From the NCBI GenBank assembly GCA_964252035.1, contig OZ176207.1: DNA of 64,000 bases. One strand, written 5' to 3'. Under the pieces are notes generated by a model that worked only from the letters and a program-made list of their open reading frames with translations, did not search any database and was not told the origin of the DNA. The DNA comes from Podarcis erhardii. Taxonomy: Eukaryota. The position numbers were made by a program, and so were the translations under genes. Shown piece by piece: positions 11,671-23,146 of the stretch (its first letter is position 1; each line of letters starts with the position of its first letter).

Positions 11671-13211
11671 AGGACCACAAAACCATCCATGGTTGGAGTA
11701 GAATTCTGATTCTTAGCCTTTATTTCCACCAAAGGGACTCAACAAAAGGAAAAGATGCTTTGGCTCTTGCCCTGAGACTTTTTCATCAACTCAGCACATG
11801 GCAGAACCAGGCCAAGGTCCAAAACTGGACCCAGAGGAAGAGTTCTCCAACTCAGGGTCTTCTGAGGTCAAAGGCTTTGAGTTCTAAGCAGGAGGTCAGA
11901 ATGTAGCAAGTAAAAGGTGCAGCATAGACACTCTGGCTGGGTCTGCCCTCCTCTGCTCCCCTCTCCTAATTAACCTCCATCTCCAGGGCCTGTCCTGGGG
12001 CATCACTGGGGAACCACCCCATGACATCATCATGGGCCGCCCCTAGGTTTCAGGTTTGGACCCTGAAATTTCAGGGTCTGGGGTGCTCCTGACCTGGCAA
12101 CCCAACTTGTATCCTTAAGCTAGCTTGAGACCCTCAGGTTGGATGGAGTACACTATCTTGTCACCAGGCCTAAAGTAATATTTAACAGCCAGTCTGGTCA
12201 GCTTCTGCAAATGGAAGAAAGAGGGGAAAGCATTTTGTTCTTTGAGCTAAGCAGTAAAATGTCCTGGGCTGTTCCCAAATGGCTCTTGCTCATTGCAGTT
12301 GGCTTGCACTGTGATACAGAACATGCTTTTTGTGGATTGTGCCCAGTAAGTTTTTGTGCTCATGCAATCAAACTAGAAAAATAGTCTAATATAGCTCAGT
12401 GCTAGTTACAACAATTGTTCCTTTTATAATTTCAGTAGATGGTGCGAATTGCCTATTTAATTTCATAGGAGTGTTATTAACACATTTTCTAGTGCAATCC
12501 CTTCTGGTTTTTTTCATTCAATATGTTTTTTTCATACCCGAATGGAGATCCTCATTGTGGGTGGCTGCTGCAATATTGGTAGTAATTATCCTTCTCGGAA
12601 GGAAGCCTAGGAAAATAGTCTGGGCCATTACTGTTCTCTTCATAGCTGCCCAAACACCGTTAAGAAATCAAAACACTTTGCATTGAATTTCGATATTATG
12701 ATAGGATGTCTTACAACTGTTCTATGTTTCTTACAAATAAGAATTTGAAATGGATTAAAATTGTGCGGTTTTGAGATTAGACAAAATGCTCTGCATCCTT
12801 ACTCAAGAAAATGGTTCTAAAGAAGGTTTGGGGAGCTGGATTTTGTACTCCAACTCCCATGAGCTCTGGCTTAGCATGGTATATGGTCAGAGATGATGAG
12901 AGCTGTAGTTCAACAGCACCTGGATCTAAACTGATCTAAAAAATATGCATTCTTTCTTAAATCCTGTGGGTTGAAAAGTTTATATAGGATCATAGAGTTG
13001 ACAGGGACTTCAGAGGAGTCTGATCTCTTATCAATGACACAAATCCCACTATTACAGCACCCCTAATAGGTGGCCACCAACCTTCTTCTTAAAAACTTTT
13101 AATGAAGGAGAGTCTGCTGTCTCCTGAGAAAGGGCCTTTCTACTATCAAACTGTGGGAGAAACAAACCTGTGGACAAACAAAGCTAACAAATGTGTATTC
13201 TTGCTGGTTAG

Positions 13212-13458
13212 TGTTAAGTTGTGGGTGAACATATCAGACGACACAGCGATTCTTCAGACAGCTCTTGTTTATTCACAGAACAGAACTGAACTGAAGGGTT
13301 CGGCCAACCTGCTTATATAGAGCTCAACTACAAAGCAACAATAACAACTTTCTGTAACTATCCAATCACTGAACGTCCCTTTCAATTCCTTATTTGCATA
13401 TGCGGACTATCTACAGTATTTCCCTGCTGGCCCAGGGTGAGAACTTTAGTACATAACA
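13212..13458 (-). mobile_element. Solo LTR, same family as 3618-3880
   Basis: Reverse-complement homology to 3618-3880; 5-bp TSD GTTAG (13207-13211 / 13459-13463). Confidence 0.9.
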
Positions 13459-13570
13459 GTTAGCATGAAAAAGGACCAAGTCCACAGAGCTGGATTGCTG
13501 ATAGACCACAGAAATACACTGGGAAGAGAGGTCTCTATGTGATATATAGTACTTCTTGTTTCTCTCTTTC

Positions 13571-14172
13571 TGTGATGGCCTGGGAATCTGATTCAGAAGC
13601 TGGATCTGAGGAGTCCCAGCCTGCACAGGAGTCCCTGCCCCCAGGGCCGGCTGAGCTGGGGCAGGGGCTTGAATCTGAAGGGCCTGCACCTGTGCCAGAT
13701 CCTCAAGAGCAGACACCAGATGAATCCACTCTGGCTCTGGAGGTGATTGAGGACCCATTGCCTGCAGGTGCTCCTCTCCCAGCCCTGTCAGGGGAAGGTG
13801 AAGCTGCTCCTGGGTCCAATAGCCCTCCAGCCTCTCCTGAGCTGCAGAGGCTCAGGGCAGAGAGGCGGAGGGAACTAAGATCTCGCAGGAGGAGTGCTCA
13901 CCTCCAGGCCAGGAGAGGCGAGTCACCTGTGGGCCGGGACCGCCCCGGCCTCAGAGAAGATAAAGGCCAGTCAGCCCAGTCCCAGGTTGCGGGAGCAACG
14001 ACGTTGGAAACCTGTTTCTGCCAGCACCCAGACCTGTTTCTCCGGAGTTCCCGACCACGCCCGGCTTCTTGCTTTGGACCCCGCTTCCCCCTTGGTGGAC
14101 AGTCTCCAGATCCTTGGCCCAGGACCGGACTTTGACCACGCCTCATGGTACCCCCCCCCCCGGGACCAGACA
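13571..14172 (+). mobile_element. 602-bp solo LTR (Gypsy-like, tentative) containing an ORF
   Basis: TGTGA...GACA termini, 5-bp TSD CTTTC (13566-13570 / 14173-14177), colinear with 55827-56428. Orientation is inferred from the ORF and a gataaa TATA-like motif. Confidence 0.85.
13575..14135 (+). CDS. Putative LTR-encoded acidic/Pro-rich protein with Arg-rich block (186 aa)
   Basis: ATG at LTR position 5; frame shared with the second copy for 118 codons. No evidence of translation. Confidence 0.3.
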   Translation: MAWESDSEAGSEESQPAQESLPPGPAELGQGLESEGPAPVPDPQEQTPDESTLALEVIEDPLPAGAPLPALSGEGEAAPGSNSPPASPELQRLRAERRRELRSRRRSAHLQARRGESPVGRDRPGLREDKGQSAQSQVAGATTLETCFCQHPDLFLRSSRPRPASCFGPRFPLGGQSPDPWPRTGL

Positions 14173-14867
14173 CTTTCTTTGGCCAGCCATGAGAGCAGGT
14201 GTGCACAGTGCTTGCTTCAGTTCAGGCAAATGCCTGAAGCTGGTTATACTATAAATTGAAGTATTTTACCTTCATAGATTTGCTGCTGCCTTTGCTGTGA
14301 ACCAATGCACGATTATAAAGTAAGTAAATCTTATTGTTAAACTTACTTTACAAGTTGCCTGATTCTTTGTTAAGTGGGGTAAGAAGGGGAAAGGCAGCTT
14401 ACTTCATAGCTGGGCTTGCTGAAAACAAGGTTTTACAGCCTAATTCCTATGCTTTTAATTTGGCAGCCAAGGATGAGATTTTGAAACTCACACACCTGGG
14501 CACCTGGAGGGATAAATTGCAATTAATGTATCCCCCTCCTACCAATTAAAACCTATCCCACATGAACAGTTCATAACACCAGGAGCTCTTCCTAATGTTT
14601 CTTCTATCTAGACTTATTCATAAGACAAAATAGACTTATCCTCCATGATTTTGCAACATTCAGCTTTGTTGGATGGCCCTGGGTTAAAGTATTATGTGAA
14701 AGGGGCAAAAGCTTCTCTCTGTGCTCCTTTCTCCACTGATCCTCAACAGAGAGGCACAGCCAGGGGCTCCAGAGGAATAGCTGAGAGTCCAGCTCGCCAT
14801 TCCCAGTATCTGCCACCTAAGGCAGTTGCCTCACTCTGGCAAAGGGTAGGACTGTCCTTGCATGCGT

Positions 14868-14909
<42 letters not shown>
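14868..14909. repeat. (CT)n(GT)n compound microsatellite
   Basis: Directly visible. Confidence 0.95.
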
Positions 14910-14910
<1 letters not shown>

Positions 14911-15411
14911 TGTACACTTGAGAGAGCAAGAGAAGGGATTGTAATTGGCTTTTGTGCTGAAGTAGAATAATTGATGTTCTTTGGATTCATAGTAGATGAG
15001 CTGAAAAGTGAAGCAACTCAAATGAATAACATTAATGAGAAAATACTGTATTAGTAGCCTGCCTACGTAAGGTAATTAATATAATTTTCAGCAAAAGACT
15101 TTTCCTAAGAAAGGATTCTAATTAAATTAAATGTCACTCAGCCTAGCTTTCCATCTTGCCAGTTTACCAACTAATAGCTAACTTATTATGGAAAGGTTTT
15201 GACAATTCCTTGCATAGCGATTAGTGAACAGCGAGCTCCTTTTTTCTTTCACACTTTAAAAGTATTATCCAGTTTCTTCTTACTTCAGCTATTTTCCTAT
15301 CTTACCGGTATATCACGGCATTTAGTGTTTTCCCCTTCTTTTTAATCACTTTGGCACTCTTTTTCATTCTGTGAAGTTGTGAAGTTATAAAATCAATAAA
15401 CTAACTCACTC

Positions 15412-15512
15412 TAGCTCAGTTGATGGGGCATGATACTCTTAATCTTAGAGCTGTGAGTTTGAGCCCCACACTGTGAAAAGATTCCTGCATTGCAGAGGTT
15501 GTACTAGATTAC
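15412..15512 (+). mobile_element. tRNA-head / CR1-tail SINE, decayed
   Basis: tagctcagttg...ttaatct...gtttgagcccca tRNA-like head followed by a gattcctgcattgcag..gg..tactagat CR1-type tail; similar to 27478-27604. Confidence 0.55.
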
Positions 15513-15693
15513 ATTATTTTAGACTGCTCTTTAATTGTGTATTTAAAATGTTTAAAATTAGTTTTAAACCTTTTTAATGTGTTTTTTTTTGGGTGGGGGC
15601 ATTATTCAGCTGTTTCTGCTTATATTTTGATTATGTATTTTTTTGTTTTTATGTTTTAATTTTATCTTGTGAACTGTCCTGGGACCTGCAGGT

Positions 15694-16131
15694 GTTGTTG
15701 TTGTTTAGTCGTTTAGTCGTGTCCGACTCTTCATGACCCCATGGACCAGAGCACGCCAGGCACTCCTGTCTTCCACTGCCTCCTGCAGTTTGGTCAAACT
15801 CATGCTGGTAGCTTCAAGAACACTGTCCAACCATCTCGTCTTATGTCGTCCCCTTCTCCTTGTGCCTTCCATCTTTCCCAACATCAGGGTCTTTTCCAGG
15901 GAGTCTTCTCTTCTCATGAGGTGGCCAAAGTATTGGAGCCTCAGTTTCACGATCTGGCCTTCCAGTGAGCACTCAGGGCTGATTTCCTTAAGAATGGATA
16001 GGTTTGATCTTCTTGCAGTCCATGGGACTCTCAAGAGTCTCCTCCAGCACCATAATTCAAAAGCATCAATTCTTCGGTGATCAGCCTTCTTTATGGTCCA
16101 GCTCTCACTTCCATACATCCATACATCACTA
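15694..16131 (-). mobile_element. BovB (RTE) LINE, 5'-truncated
   Basis: Open ORF 15705..16118 MYGSESWTIKKADHRRIDAFELWCWRRLLRVPWTARRSN... is BovB; (CAA)n tail; 15-bp TSD ctgggacctgcaggt (15679-15693 / 16132-16146). Confidence 0.95.
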
Positions 16132-17277
16132 CTGGGACCTGCAGGTATAGGGCAGTATATAAAATTACTAATAATAATAGGTGGCCCTTGGGGTCCTTTC
16201 CAACTTTACAGTTCTATGATTCTAAATGATAACTGAGACCAACTATCTGCCGTTTGTAATATCTGGGTACCTGTGATTGTGAAGCACAGCACAGTTTGAA
16301 TTATGTGGGTTAATCTGTAAGGTCTGTAGTGATGAGGATTAGATTAAATCACCCCAATCTGGATATTGGACACAGGAGCTTCAACCAACCAAATAGATTC
16401 CAGAAGCACTTTAAGAGTGACAACAGTCGACTTGTGCTAACTTGTGTGTACATGCGTTTGTTGCTAAAATGAAAGGGACACTACAGCATCTTGTCTCAGG
16501 AGATTTGTGGATCCTGTCCTATGGTTCCATGCCGATAGTCTGCACTGCTGTATTAAAAGCATGAATCATGATATGTGTGCCTTTCAACCCATTCTGCCAG
16601 GAAGCTTTATTTTACAACAGTGCTTAGGATTACTCCATCTCTCCTCTCCTCTCCTCTCCTCTCCCTCCACCCCATCCCACCCCCCACCTTTCAAAACATC
16701 GATGCAGGAGATAAAAGGCGGACAAAAAGGTCATCCGGTTCTCCAAATTAGCAGGATGAGAGATGAAATCCCGCAAAATGTAATTAATGGTCTGGTTGCC
16801 AAATGAGAGCTGAACACAAGTAATTGAGAAAAGCACATCACCAACACTTATCTGGAATCAGCCAGACACCATTTAAACAAGCACTCTGAGCTTTTCAGCA
16901 GGCTTCCAAGTAGAAGAGCCACAAAGGATTTGGAACACCTTTCCAAAACCGAACCTCACAAAATTATCTGCAGATAACATGTGCAGCACTTAAGACTTAT
17001 TCACACTGAAGTGGGGGATCTGCGTTTGGGTTCTACCACTCAGATTGCAGGTGGGGAGCAACATCAACAAATGCTTCTCTACAGAAAAATAATGAGGTCA
17101 GATATAGTCTCTATTTTGACAGTCTACTTTACTATGCATAGAGATTTGGTATTCTGTTGTTGTTGAAGGATCATTCATTCATATGAATACTAGAACCCAG
17201 GGCTGAACCCAGGGCTATCCAATGAAGACGAAACTTGAATAATTCGGGACAGATGCAATAAAGTGCTTCTTTTTGTA

Positions 17278-17543
17278 GGTAAAAGGTAAAGGTAAAGGAC
17301 ACCTGGATGGTTAAGTCCAGTGAAAGGCAACTATGAGGTTGCGGCGCTCATCTTGCTTTCAGGCTGAGGGAGCTGGCATTTGTCCACAGACAGCTTTCTG
17401 GGTCGTGTGGCCAGCATAACTAAACTTCTTCTTGTGCATGGAGGACTGTGACAAGTGCCAGAGCACACGGAAATGCTGTTTACCTTCCCACTGCAGTGGT
17501 ACCTATTTATCTACTTGCATTGGCATGCTTTCAAACTGCTAAG
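17278..17543 (-). mobile_element. Sauria SINE, 5'-truncated
   Basis: (ACCTTT)n tail and Sauria body. Confidence 0.85.
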
Positions 17544-19629
17544 AAAAGTCATCCAAAATGGCAGCCCTAAGAGCATCATATTATTTCCCTGAGCTGATTT
17601 ATGTTTCCTTCTCAGTGTACCCTTTCATATGCAGTGGAACAACTCAGATCCAGTAACCAGTTCAGGATCCTGTCCACTGAGCATGCCAACAGGTGCTGGG
17701 ATAGCCATTTAGTTGGCTCTGATGCTCACCAAAGTCAGCACACCAAGTCTCCCTGAACCCCCAGAAGCTGAGCCCACCTATTATGCAGGTGGGAGGAAGT
17801 AAGTACCTGGAACCAAACTTCTAATGTTCCAAACAGGTGATCAGGAATATCAAATAGCAGATTAACAAAAGCTTATTTCTGCACATTGTATTGCAGCAAT
17901 CCCACTGTACATTTATTAGTGTAGACATGCCTCACGGAATGTGGATGTTTAATTCCCATTTGCCAGTTTCTTCCAGATCTTTATTATAGTAACCACCAAA
18001 ATATATTTCAAAGCTATCTGGGGATTTTTAATTATTGTTTTAAACTGTAATAATAAATGCTTGCTGCTATTTTCCCTCCCTTTCTTTCAAAGCAATGACA
18101 CACAACTAATTGAATTCACCATTTGAGTTTGGGATAGTCACCTTCTGGCACACGGCTTTCAAGAGGTTACTCTTGTTTAAATGAAAATTATTACCAAGCA
18201 TAAAACCCAGACACAAATGACACACCACCTTTTCACCATTCCAGGATGATATGTGGGCAGATTTTCTGACATGCAATCCTCCAACAGCTGTCTGATCGTT
18301 TAATCTGATGCATATGCTCCATCTAATCTCTCACCATGGCTAGAGAATATGGAACTGCAAACAGTTTTTTGCCATGCACATTCCGCAGACTGGAATGTCC
18401 TCCTCTGAGTCAACAAAATATTTTTATATACATTTTGATGCATCTGTTTAAGAAATCTAATGCAACTGATTGATGATTTTTTGTATATATAAAAAAATGC
18501 TACGTAGTGTACTGTGTAGGTGTATACTGTAATCTGATCACAAGGCATCCAAATGTTAGGTAAATGTGAGGCACCCCTTATTTCTGTTTATTCATTTAAT
18601 CAATTAAGTGTCTGTTCCTTTGATACAAATCTCCTTTTCAACTCTCACAAGGCCAAAATTCTCCAGTCTAGGATTATTTAAATTGATTAGGAGATCAGTG
18701 GGCAAATGTTAATTTGCGTGTTAAAAGATCAGCTCTGCCAACTCACTTGGAAGCAGCAGAAGTCAAACTCAATGGCTGATATTATATAAGTTTTGGAACA
18801 TTTAGAATTGAAGGCTCTAGATATGGTGAAACTCTAGAACAGTACAGGCAAGATGTTTTGCACTTTTAGCTAGGCTTTTGAACTCAGAAGAAGCGACTTA
18901 GATTGTCTAGTTCACACTAACCATACATTTGGCTTATTTTATGTATTTTATTAATTGTATTTAAGCTATCTATATACTAATCTATAATCAAAGTTTCTAA
19001 GCGGTGTACGTAAAAATGGAAAAGCATACTGGTTGAAGCATTCTGGTGTGCAGGTTCCTGATTTCAGGTGGTGGATTTTCAATTTGCCACCTTGATCTTT
19101 TTAGCCATATATCTAGGTCAGAACAGTTGGGACCAATCAGTAATATGTCCGGAATGATACCACCAGCTGCTGCCATTTCACTCTGTGCTATCAGTTGCCG
19201 CCTGCTGCCACCAACAGCTGCAGGACAGTAATTTTAAAAAGCCAATTGCACAGTGACACCCACTTAGGGTGGCCAGAAGCAAGTGAGGACAGGGCTCTTG
19301 GACCATTCTAAGGGAAAATGGGGTTCAATAGAGGAGTGCACTTTTGTTGTGCCCAGATTTCACTTGCCCAAGAAGCCTGGGACCCAGAGAGGCTGAATAT
19401 GGCTATCACAACGAGGACGACAAATTTTCTTGGATCATGAACGTATGCCCAACTATTTCATATTACAAAGACAATCCCATTTATGCACACATACAAATAG
19501 AAATCAAATAGGCAGAGAACATTTAGAACAAGGCAGATAATCTGATAATTAATAGTGATTGCCTCTTTCCCATCTTAAGTCACATCGGGGGGAAGGTCGG
19601 GCATAAATAAATTAACAACAACAACAACA

Positions 19630-20215
19630 ATTTCTAAAAGGATTCCAGGAAGTCACCACTAGGAAAGAAATGAAGAAGTATGTTCTATTTGCGATGGAAA
19701 CTCTGGAGTAACGACCCGACAGAACTGCTGTAGGAAAACAGTTGAGACGGGCACAGGTAAAGGCCCTTCGCTTAGCCTCCGAAGGAATTGTGAGGCAGTA
19801 TAGAGGGATCCCTTCAGGGGGTGGAATAGCTAGGGCTAAGCCTGAACACGGCCCTCTTGCATGGGAAGCTGTGTTAGAGAAGTCAAGTTGGTGTAGCTTC
19901 TTTTTGATTAGAGGTAGGGCCGCCGGGCTAATACACTCTAAGTTAAAAACAGTTTTGCAGTTCAAATTAAGAAGAGAGCGGAATTTGAGATTAATTGTAG
20001 TTTTCCAAGGAGAATTATGAATATCTCTTGGGATCAGATTGGAGAAACCACCTCTGATTCGAGCATCCGATGCTAGTAGGTGGGAGCTATAGGAAATGGC
20101 TCGACTCCATGCTCGTTTTACAATTTTTGTATTCTCTGTCACTCGATGTTTTAAATCCCCCGTTACTTTTGTCATCCCCATTTTCTCAAAGTATTCGCCC
20201 AGGACGACATCCACT
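19630..20215 (-). mobile_element. RTEX-like LINE ORF2 C-terminal fragment
   Basis: ORF 19612..20214 contains RRAFTCARLNCFPTAVLSGRYSR, the same motif family as 40820-40870. Confidence 0.6.
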
Positions 20216-20339
20216 TTTATCTCCCCACCCCCATTTTATGTTGTTATTTCTATGTATATTATGCTATGGCCACATGGCTAATGCATTAAAATCGAAACTG
20301 AAATGAAGAAGTAGAGTTGTACATTGTTAGATGAATGGA

Positions 20340-20558
20340 ATGCGTTCCAGGAGTTCTTTTGATTCCTGGAACCATTTGAAAACCAAGGGACGGCTTCCAA
20401 TTGGCTGCAGGAGCTTCCTATAGCCAATCAGAAGCCACGCCGGACGTTTGGCTTCCAAAAATCATTCGAGAACTGGAACACTAACTTCCGGTTTTCTGTC
20501 GTTTGGGAGCCAAAACGTTTGGCAACTAAGCCGCTTGTCAACCAAGGTACGATTGTAT
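20340..20558. mobile_element. Tigger-like MITE fragment
   Basis: Right TIR caaccaaggtacgattg followed by ta; internal motifs (ccaatcagaagcc, cttccggtt) shared with 61577-61816. Confidence 0.55.
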
Positions 20559-21019
20559 CCTGTGAGCTTGTTGTAAACCATAAGCTTCAAAGATTACAAC
20601 AAAATAACCAGTAGGGGGAACACTCATGAAAATTGTCAACATGAGCATTAAAAAAAAAGTACAGGAAAGAATCACGGAGAGGAGACTGGATTGATTCTAT
20701 GATAATTCCCTGTGGTTGTATGGAAAAGGAACAGAGCAGAGTGCAAGTAGAACATACCAGGTTCAGCCCCTGGAACCTCCACTTCAAAAAGGTGATGGAG
20801 AACTTTGCTTGGAATACTGGAGAGCTGCTGCCAAGCAAGAGTAGATAAGGCTGGGATAGGTGGGCAAATAACCTGGCCTGGACTACATGCACACCACCCA
20901 TTTAAGAGTCATGGCTCCCCCCCAAAGAATTCTGGGAACTGTAGTGTTACGGGCATACACAGAACCCTTAACAGCACCCATACTCCTCCATGACAGTTAA
21001 AGTGGTGTAATAGTTCTTT

Positions 21020-21569
21020 GTCTTCGTCCATGGAGTTTTCTTGGCAGGGATACTGGAGTGGTTTGCCGGTTCCTGCTCCAGGCGGATCACGTTTGGTCAA
21101 AACTCTCCACTATGACCTGTCCATCTTGGGTGGCCCTGCATGGCATAGATCAGTGTTTCCCAACCTTTGGTCTCCAGCTGTTTTTGGACTACAACTCCCA
21201 TCATCCCTAGCTAGCAAGACCAGTGGTCAGGGATGATGGGGATTGTAGTCCAAAAACAGCTGGAGACCAAAGGTTGGGAAACACTGTCATAGATCATAGC
21301 TTCTCTGAGTTATTCAAGCCCCTTCACAAGCCCCTTCGCCACGGCAAGGCAGTGATCCAAGACTCCCTGGAAAAGACCCTGATGCTGGGAAAGATGGAGA
21401 CACAAGGAGAAGGGGACGACAGAGGACGAGATGGTTGGACAGTGTTCTCGAAGCTACCAGCATGAGTTTGACCAAACTGCGGGAGGCAGTGGAAGACAGG
21501 AATGCCTGGCGTGCTCTGGTCCATGGGGTCATGAAGAGTCGGACACGACTTAGACTAAACAACAACAAC
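21020..21569. mobile_element. BovB insertion with inversion (minus-strand 5'-region segment joined to plus-strand 3' end)
   Basis: 11-bp TSD aatagttcttt (21009-21019 / 21570-21580). The right part, 21360-21569, is the BovB 3' end with a (CAA)n tail. The left part reads ggcaaaccactccagtatccctgccaagaaaactccatggac on the minus strand. Confidence 0.85.
21151..21286. mobile_element. 136-bp palindromic hAT-type MITE inserted in BovB
   Basis: 58-bp arms with 2 mismatches and a 20-nt spacer; 8-bp TSD gcatagat / tcatagat (7 of 8 match). Confidence 0.9.
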
Positions 21570-22563
21570 AATAGTTCTTTAACTGCATGGTGTGGATGTG
21601 ACCTATGGCTCTGCCCCTCCCCCCCCCCAAACCAGGATTTTAGCTTTTGCAAGTCTAGCTCTCTGGAATCAGTTAGCAGTTGATATCACACCGGCACCTA
21701 ATAAGTTCCCAGCATTCTTTGGGAGGTGAGGAACATGCTTCGAATTTGCTCTGGGGGTATGGTGTGTACATGGCTAAAATATCTTGCCTCTAGAGGGCAG
21801 TGCTTGTCAAGCTGGAGAATGGGCTTTCTCCACCTTTTCTTCTTCATCTTTTCTTCATCTTTTTTCTTCATCTTTTCTCCATCCTAATCAGATTTCAAGT
21901 CTCTAGCACATAGCAAAGAAGGTGAGTCCTGCAGCTGCTTCCATTAGGAAGGATAAATTCTCCCCATTGCAAATCAATCATTTGCCCTTTTTTCTATATA
22001 TGTGAATTATGCACTACCTTCTCTTTTGGCAATGCATGTCCCGTAAGTGGCTTCTGTAGCCCTGTTCAGAAAGCCTCATCTCTTTTCCCAGGCATATAAA
22101 TTTCAAAAACATGTTTGAGTCCTTAATTTTTTCAAGAAAAATCCCCCCCCCCATAGTTCACAAACAAATAACAGTAACAGCCTCGACAAGGTGCAGTGTG
22201 TACATTGGGTACATTTACATTGGGTGCATGTTTGAGGCATTTTTGACCATGGAAACTTCTGGTTTCAAATTCAGTCTGATGTTGGGTTTAACTGGTGTTT
22301 GATTTTATACACATGCTGCCATTTAACTTTTTGGTTTACATGCTTTTAAATCTTCTTAGATTGTTGATGCTTTGTTTTATTTTTGATAATATGTTTTTAT
22401 CACTAACATGGGCTGCTTTAGGGGGAAGTATGGGATATAACTATTAATAGCAATGATATTGTTATTAATGATATAAAAAGGAACTTTTATTATCAGGCCT
22501 CTGTACAGAACTCTCTTAAATAAACATGTTAGGAGGAAACCAGGCGATCTGGCATTATACATA

Positions 22564-22741
22564 CAGTACTCTTCGGTGTATAAGACTAGGGTTTTTTTAA
22601 CTAAAAAATAATGTTAAAAGGGGGGTAGTCTTACACATGGGGGCAATCTCTCTCTCCCCCCATTTTCTTAATTTTGAGTCCCCAAAAATAGGGGTCGCCT
22701 TATACACGGTGTGTGTGTGTGTTAAACACAGAAAAATACAG
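22564..22741. mobile_element. Tc1/mariner (pogo/Tc2-like) MITE
   Basis: TA flanks; end ...gaaaaatacag and motifs (tataagac, gtcttac) related to 62976-63234. Confidence 0.6.
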
Positions 22742-23000
22742 TATATTGTTTTTAGAAAAATAGAAATGGCAGGTGGGTGAGGGGAAGAAGAGAGGCAGAA
22801 TCAGTGTCCATGGTCCATGGTATCTTCCTGTCCAGAGCTAAAAGCAGCGGGAGGATTTTCATCAGGGCTGTGATACTGGAGTGGGGGCTAACCACCATGC
22901 CTTGCCATGTGTCATAGTTCAGATTTTTTTTCCTTTTAAACAAAGAAATAACACACCACACCCTGCCCCAGATATGCTCTGCCTTTGCACCTTTCATTCC

Positions 23001-23146
23001 GACGAGATGGTTGGACAGTGTTCTCGAAACTACCAGCATGAGTTTGACCAAACTGCGGGAGGCAGTGGAAGACAGGAGTGCCTGGCGTGCTCTGGTCCAT
23101 GGGGTCACGAAGAGTCGGACACGACTAAACGACTAAACAACAACAA
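23001..23146 (+). mobile_element. BovB 3' terminal fragment
   Basis: gacgagatggttggacagtgttctcga...gagtcggacacgactaaacgactaaacaacaacaa. Confidence 0.9.

Noticed and set aside
12399-12686. Hydrophobic 95-aa ORF as a membrane protein
   Set aside because: T-rich sequence yields F/I/L/V by composition, the start is non-ATG and no family is recognised.
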